DNA of 64,000 nucleotides from Ramlibacter sp. (lineage in GTDB: Bacteria > Pseudomonadota > Gammaproteobacteria > Burkholderiales > Burkholderiaceae_C). The stretch lies in contig NZ_JAQGLS010000160.1 in NCBI RefSeq assembly GCF_028292805.1, positions 8,048-72,047 on the forward strand, in the 5' to 3' direction. Below the pieces are notes generated by a model that ran no database searches, was not told where the DNA came from, and saw nothing but the letters and a program-made list of their open reading frames with translations. Below are positions 59,743-64,000 of this stretch, piece after piece. Every line of letters starts with the position of its first letter. The first letter of the stretch is position 1. The translations under genes and the position numbers were made by a program.

Positions 59743-60729
59743 ATGCAAGCCATTGAAATCAGCGAGTACGGCGCGCCCGAGGTGCTGCGCCCCGCCGAGC
59801 GGCCCGACCCTGTCGCGGCTGCCGGCGAGGTGCTGATCCGGGTGGCCGCCAGCGGCATCAACCGACCGGACGTGCTGCAGCGCACGGGGAACTACCCCGT
59901 GCCGCCCGGCGCATCCGACCTGCCGGGGCTGGAAGTCGCCGGCGAGATCGTGGGCGGCGACGCCCAGGCCATGGCCGCGGCCGGCTTCAAGCTGGGCGAC
60001 CACGTCTGCGCCCTGGTCGCCGGCGGCGGCTACGCCCAGCTGTGCGTGGCCCCGGTTGGCCAGTGCCTGCCCGTGCCAAAGGGCATGAGCGACATCGAAG
60101 CGGCGACGCTGCCGGAGACGTTCTTCACCGTGTGGAGCAACGTGTTCGACCGCGGCCGCCTGCAGGCTGGCGAAACCTTCCTGGTGCAAGGCGGCACCAG
60201 CGGCATCGGCGTGACGGCGATCCAGATGGCCAAGGCCATGGGGGCCAAGGTCATCGCCACCGCCGGCAGCGACGAGAAGGTGCAGGCTTGCCTGGACCTT
60301 GGCGCCGAGCATGCGATCAATTACAAGACCATGGACTTCGTCGACGAGGTCAAGGCGCTGACCGGCGGCAAGGGCGTCGACGTCATCCTCGACATGGTCG
60401 CGGGCGCCTACGTGGCGCGCGAGATCCAGTGCCTGGCCGAGGACGGCCGGCTGGTCATCATCGCGGTGCAGGGCGGGGTCAAGAGCGAGTTCAACGCCGG
60501 GATGGTGCTGCGCCGCCGGCTGACGATCACCGGCTCCACGCTGCGTCCGCGCCCGGTGGCGTTCAAGGCGGCCATCGCCGCTTCGCTCAAGGCCACGGTG
60601 TGGCCGCTGATCGAAGCCGGCAAGATCAGGCCGGTCATCCACAGCCGCTTCCCGGCGGCCGAAGCGGCCAAGGCCCACACGCTCATGGAAACCAACCAGC
60701 ACATCGGCAAGATCGTGCTCACCTGGTGA
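59743..60729 (+). CDS. NAD(P)H-quinone oxidoreductase, PIG3/zeta-crystallin family
   Basis: [30 protein letters not shown]. Confidence 0.93.
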   Translation: MQAIEISEYGAPEVLRPAERPDPVAAAGEVLIRVAASGINRPDVLQRTGNYPVPPGASDLPGLEVAGEIVGGDAQAMAAAGFKLGDHVCALVAGGGYAQLCVAPVGQCLPVPKGMSDIEAATLPETFFTVWSNVFDRGRLQAGETFLVQGGTSGIGVTAIQMAKAMGAKVIATAGSDEKVQACLDLGAEHAINYKTMDFVDEVKALTGGKGVDVILDMVAGAYVAREIQCLAEDGRLVIIAVQGGVKSEFNAGMVLRRRLTITGSTLRPRPVAFKAAIAASLKATVWPLIEAGKIRPVIHSRFPAAEAAKAHTLMETNQHIGKIVLTW

Positions 60730-60740
60730 TGACGAACATG

Positions 60741-60822
60741 AGCCCCCACGCTTGTCACTGCGTGTACTGCGCCGGCCCCCGAGGAGGCTTGGGTCGCCTC
60801 GAGGCGGCTCGGCGGCGGCCGA
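60741..60822. repeat. Degenerate intergenic REP-like element
   Basis: cccccacgcttgtcactgcgtgtactgcgccggcccccgagg... resembles Comamonadaceae intergenic repeats (recall); single copy in this window. Confidence 0.35.
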
Positions 60823-60823
60823 C

Positions 60824-61564
60824 ATGAAGCTGATCGCCGGCAACTGGAAGATGAACGGCAGCCTGGAGGCGAACGACGCGCTGGTGCGCGCCATCGCCGC
60901 CGGAATGCCGCCATCGGCGTGCGACGTCGCCCTGTGCGTGCCCGCGCCTTACCTGGCGCAGGTGCAGATGCTCAAGTCCGGCTCCAAGCTGGAACTGGGC
61001 GCGCAGGACGTCTCGCAGCATGCCCAGGGCGCCTATACCGGCGAGCTGTCGGCTTCCATGCTGCGCGAGTTCGGCGTGCGCTACGCCATCGTCGGCCATT
61101 CCGAGCGGCGCCAGTACCACGGCGAAACCGACGCCTTGGTGGCGGAGAAGGCGAAGGCCGCGCTGGCGCACGGCGTCACCCCGATCGTCTGCGTGGGCGA
61201 GACGCTGGCGCAGCGCGAAGCCGGGCAGACCGAGGAAGTGGTCAAGCGCCAGCTGGCCGCGGTGATCCACGTCAACGGCCACTGCATCAGCGAGATCGTC
61301 GTCGCCTACGAGCCGGTCTGGGCCATCGGCACCGGCCGCACCGCCACGCCCGAGCAGGCGCAGCAAGTGCATGCCTTGCTGCGCAAGCAGCTGGCGGCCG
61401 CTACGGCGCACGCGCAGAGCGTGCATATCCTCTACGGGGGCAGCATGAACGCGGCCAATGCGGCCAGCCTGCTGGCCCAGCCCGACATCGACGGCGGGCT
61501 CATCGGCGGCGCTTCCCTGAAGGCGCCCGATTTTCTGCAGATCATCGCTGCCGCCAGCGCCTGA
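60824..61564 (+). CDS. tpiA: Triosephosphate isomerase
   Basis: [34 protein letters not shown]. Confidence 0.98.
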   Translation: MKLIAGNWKMNGSLEANDALVRAIAAGMPPSACDVALCVPAPYLAQVQMLKSGSKLELGAQDVSQHAQGAYTGELSASMLREFGVRYAIVGHSERRQYHGETDALVAEKAKAALAHGVTPIVCVGETLAQREAGQTEEVVKRQLAAVIHVNGHCISEIVVAYEPVWAIGTGRTATPEQAQQVHALLRKQLAAATAHAQSVHILYGGSMNAANAASLLAQPDIDGGLIGGASLKAPDFLQIIAAASA

Positions 61565-61600
61565 GCGCACGCGGGGCCACGAAAAATTAGGAGTGATTGA

Positions 61601-62047
61601 ATGAATATGCTGTTGACCATCGTGCTGGCGGTCCAGATGCTGACCGCCCTGTCCATGATCGGACTGATCCTGGTGCAGCACGGCAAGGGCGCCGACATGG
61701 GCGCCGCCTTCGGCAGCGGCTCGTCCGGCAGCCTGTTCGGCGCCACCGGCAGCGCCAACTTCCTGTCGCGCACCACCGGCGTCCTGGCCGCCGTGTTCTT
61801 CGCCTGCACGCTGCTGCTGGCCTATTTCGGCAACGCCCGTCCGGCGGGCTCGGGCAGCGTGCTCGAGCGTGCCGGCATCACGTCGCCGGCACCGGCGGCT
61901 TCCACCCCGGCGGTTCCGGCCGGCCCGGCCGGCCAGATTCCCAGCGGCGCGACGGCGGTTCCGGCCCCGCAAGGCGCGGCCACCAGCCCTGGCACCGGCG
62001 TTCCGGCCGTGCCAGCCTCGGGTGCCGGCGCGATCCCGACGAAGTAG
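61601..62047 (+). CDS. secG: Preprotein translocase subunit SecG with Pro/Ala-rich tail
   Basis: LVQHGKGADMGAAFGSG...NFLSRTT. Confidence 0.96.
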   Translation: MNMLLTIVLAVQMLTALSMIGLILVQHGKGADMGAAFGSGSSGSLFGATGSANFLSRTTGVLAAVFFACTLLLAYFGNARPAGSGSVLERAGITSPAPAASTPAVPAGPAGQIPSGATAVPAPQGAATSPGTGVPAVPASGAGAIPTK

Positions 62048-62170
62048 TAGTCTTGCGTACCTGCAGCGCGGCAGTCGGCCCGCGATTGCGAGTACACTTC
62101 ATGGTTGTCCAGTGCGGCGCGCACTCTTGTCAAGAGTGCAATCCTCATGTCCACTGGGCACGTTCGACAT

Positions 62171-62255
62171 GCCGTCGTGGTGAAATTGGTAGACACGCTA
62201 TCTTGAGGGGGTAGTGGCGAAAGCTGTGCGAGTTCGAGTCTCGCCGACGGCACCA
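62171..62255 (+). tRNA. tRNA-Leu(GAG)
   Basis: 85 nt; D-arm GGTGAAATTGGTAGACAC; anticodon arm CTATC-TTGAGGG-GGTAG; variable arm; GTTCGAGTC; encoded CCA. Confidence 0.97.
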
Positions 62256-62311
62256 GACACATCAGCCTGCCGGGCACTGCATCGGCAGGCGCATTCAAAG
62301 CCCCGCCGCAG

Positions 62312-62683
62312 ATGAGCCTCGACCAGTACCTCCCTGTCTTCCTGTTCATCCTCGTGGGCATCGGGGTCGGGGTGGCGCCCCAGCTGATGGGCTGGTTCAT
62401 CGCCAAGGGCATCGGCGTGCATCGCCCGGACGCCGCCAAGAACTCCCCGTACGAATGCGGCTTCGAAGCCTTCGAGGACGCGCGGATGAAGTTCGACGTG
62501 CGCTACTACCTGGTGGCCATCCTCTTCATCCTGTTCGACCTCGAGATCGCCTTCCTGTTTCCCTGGGCGGTGGCGCTGCGGGAGATCGGCCCGGTCGGCT
62601 TCTGGGCCATGATGGTTTTTCTGACCATCTTGGTGGTCGGTTTCATCTACGAATGGAAAAAGGGCGCGCTGGACTGGGAGTGA
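62312..62683 (+). CDS. nuoA: NADH-quinone oxidoreductase subunit A
   Basis: [34 protein letters not shown]. Confidence 0.98.
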   Translation: MSLDQYLPVFLFILVGIGVGVAPQLMGWFIAKGIGVHRPDAAKNSPYECGFEAFEDARMKFDVRYYLVAILFILFDLEIAFLFPWAVALREIGPVGFWAMMVFLTILVVGFIYEWKKGALDWE

Positions 62684-62719
62684 TCTCCCGGGCGCGTTCC
62701 TCGCTCACGAAAGTTTGAT

Positions 62720-63199
62720 ATGGCGAACCAAGGCATTCTCGACAAAGGTGTCGTGACGACGACCGTCGATTCGGTCATCAACTGGGCCAAGACCGGCTCG
62801 CTGTGGCCGATGACGTTCGGCCTGGCCTGCTGCGCGGTGGAGATGATGCACGCCGGCGCCGCCCGCTACGACATCGACCGCTTCGGCATGCTGTTCCGGC
62901 CCAGCCCCCGGCAGTCCGACCTGATGATCGTCGCCGGCACGCTGTGCAACAAGATGGCGCCGGCCCTGCGCAAGGTGTACGACCAGATGGCCGAGCCGCG
63001 CTGGGTGCTCTCCATGGGCACCTGCGCCAACGGCGGCGGCTACTACCACTACAGCTATTCGGTGGTGCGCGGCTGCGACCGCATCGTGCCGGTCGACGTG
63101 TACGTGCCGGGCTGCCCGCCGACGGCCGAGGCGCTGCTGTACGGACTCATCCAGCTGCAGCAGAAGATCCGCCGCACCCAGACCATCGCGCGCGCCTGA
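62720..63199 (+). CDS. nuoB: NADH-quinone oxidoreductase subunit B
   Basis: [24 protein letters not shown]. Confidence 0.98.
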   Translation: MANQGILDKGVVTTTVDSVINWAKTGSLWPMTFGLACCAVEMMHAGAARYDIDRFGMLFRPSPRQSDLMIVAGTLCNKMAPALRKVYDQMAEPRWVLSMGTCANGGGYYHYSYSVVRGCDRIVPVDVYVPGCPPTAEALLYGLIQLQQKIRRTQTIARA

Positions 63200-63207
63200 G
63201 GGACGTC

Positions 63208-63819
63208 ATGCACTACCCGTTTTCCATCGCGCCGGAAACCACCCGCGACGCAGTTGTCGCCGCCCTGGGCGACAAGGCGAAAAGCGTCGACCTGCGGCTG
63301 GGCGAAGTCACCGTGGTCGTGAAGGCCGCCGACTACCTGGCCGCCGCCCGCATCCTGAAGGAAGCGCCGGGCTGCCAGTTCGAACAGCTGCTGGACGTGT
63401 GCGGGGTCGACTACTCCGAGTACAAGGCCGGCGAGTGGGAGGGTCTGCGCTTCGCGGCGACGTCGCACCTGCTGTCGGTGAGCCTGAACCAGCGCGTGCG
63501 CCTGCGCGTGTTCGCCCCGGACGACGAGCTGCCGGTGGTCGATTCGCTGACCGGGATCTGGGCTTCGGCCAACTGGTTCGAGCGCGAGGCCTTCGACCTG
63601 TACGGCATCGTCTTCGAAGGCCATGACGACCTGCGCCGCATCCTCACCGACTACGGCTTCATCGGCCACCCGTTCCGCAAGGACTTCCCGGTGTCGGGCC
63701 ACGTCGAGATGCGCTACGACGCGGAGCGCAAGCGCGTGATCTACCAGCCGGTGACGATCGAGCCGCGCGAGATCACGCCGCGGATCATCCGCGAAGAAAA
63801 GTACGGCGGGCTCCAGTAA
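63208..63819 (+). CDS. nuoC: NADH-quinone oxidoreductase subunit C
   Basis: [23 protein letters not shown]. Confidence 0.96.
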   Translation: MHYPFSIAPETTRDAVVAALGDKAKSVDLRLGEVTVVVKAADYLAAARILKEAPGCQFEQLLDVCGVDYSEYKAGEWEGLRFAATSHLLSVSLNQRVRLRVFAPDDELPVVDSLTGIWASANWFEREAFDLYGIVFEGHDDLRRILTDYGFIGHPFRKDFPVSGHVEMRYDAERKRVIYQPVTIEPREITPRIIREEKYGGLQ

Positions 63820-64000
63820 TGGCAGAGATCAAGAACTACACCCTGAACTTCGGCCCGCAGCACCCGGCCGCGCACGGCGTGCTGCGTCTGGTGCTGGAGC
63901 TGGACGGCGAAGTGATCCAGCGCGCCGACCCGCACATCGGGCTGCTGCACCGCGCCACCGAGAAGCTGGCCGAGACCAAGACCTACATCCAGGCGCTGCC
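63819..64000 (+). CDS. nuoD: NADH-quinone oxidoreductase subunit D, 3'-truncated by window edge
   Basis: [24 protein letters not shown]. Confidence 0.96.
   Translation, partial: MAEIKNYTLNFGPQHPAAHGVLRLVLELDGEVIQRADPHIGLLHRATEKLAETKTYIQAL

Noticed and set aside
62171-62311. tRNA-Leu as an integration site
   Set aside because: No integrase, no duplicated tRNA 3' end, and canonical secG-tRNA-nuoA order

Overview
GC-rich betaproteobacterial chromosome segment; gene content and order suggest Comamonadaceae (Ramlibacter/Variovorax-like), which is inference. The backbone is housekeeping: glnS, uppP, mutS, suhB, trmJ-cysE, mog, yjgA, pmbA, rpsU, tsaD, rpsO-pnp, tpiA-secG-tRNA-Leu(GAG)-nuoABCD. Accessory blocks: (i) a variable slot between convergent arsR and glnS (6954-9129) with a membrane-anchored Mrr-type nuclease, a SpoIIAA-like ORF, an IS256 scar and a truncated DUF4258 gene; (ii) a non-coding-rich interval upstream of glnS (10921-11821) with two candidate structured sRNAs converging on an 82-aa orphan gene; (iii) a DUF2306/2TM/2TM/LytS-type kinase/LytTR locus; (iv) a TRAP-amidase-racemase-dihydropyrimidinase catabolic cluster; (v) an ABC transporter with an embedded acyl-CoA ligase beside a MarR regulator and an aliB-like dehydrogenase; (vi) the scar of a deleted assimilatory nitrate reductase. 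Several accessory genes carry frameshifts while core genes are intact. No CRISPR array, rRNA, integrase or intact transposase was seen. Family assignments come from recognising motifs by eye, not from database searches.
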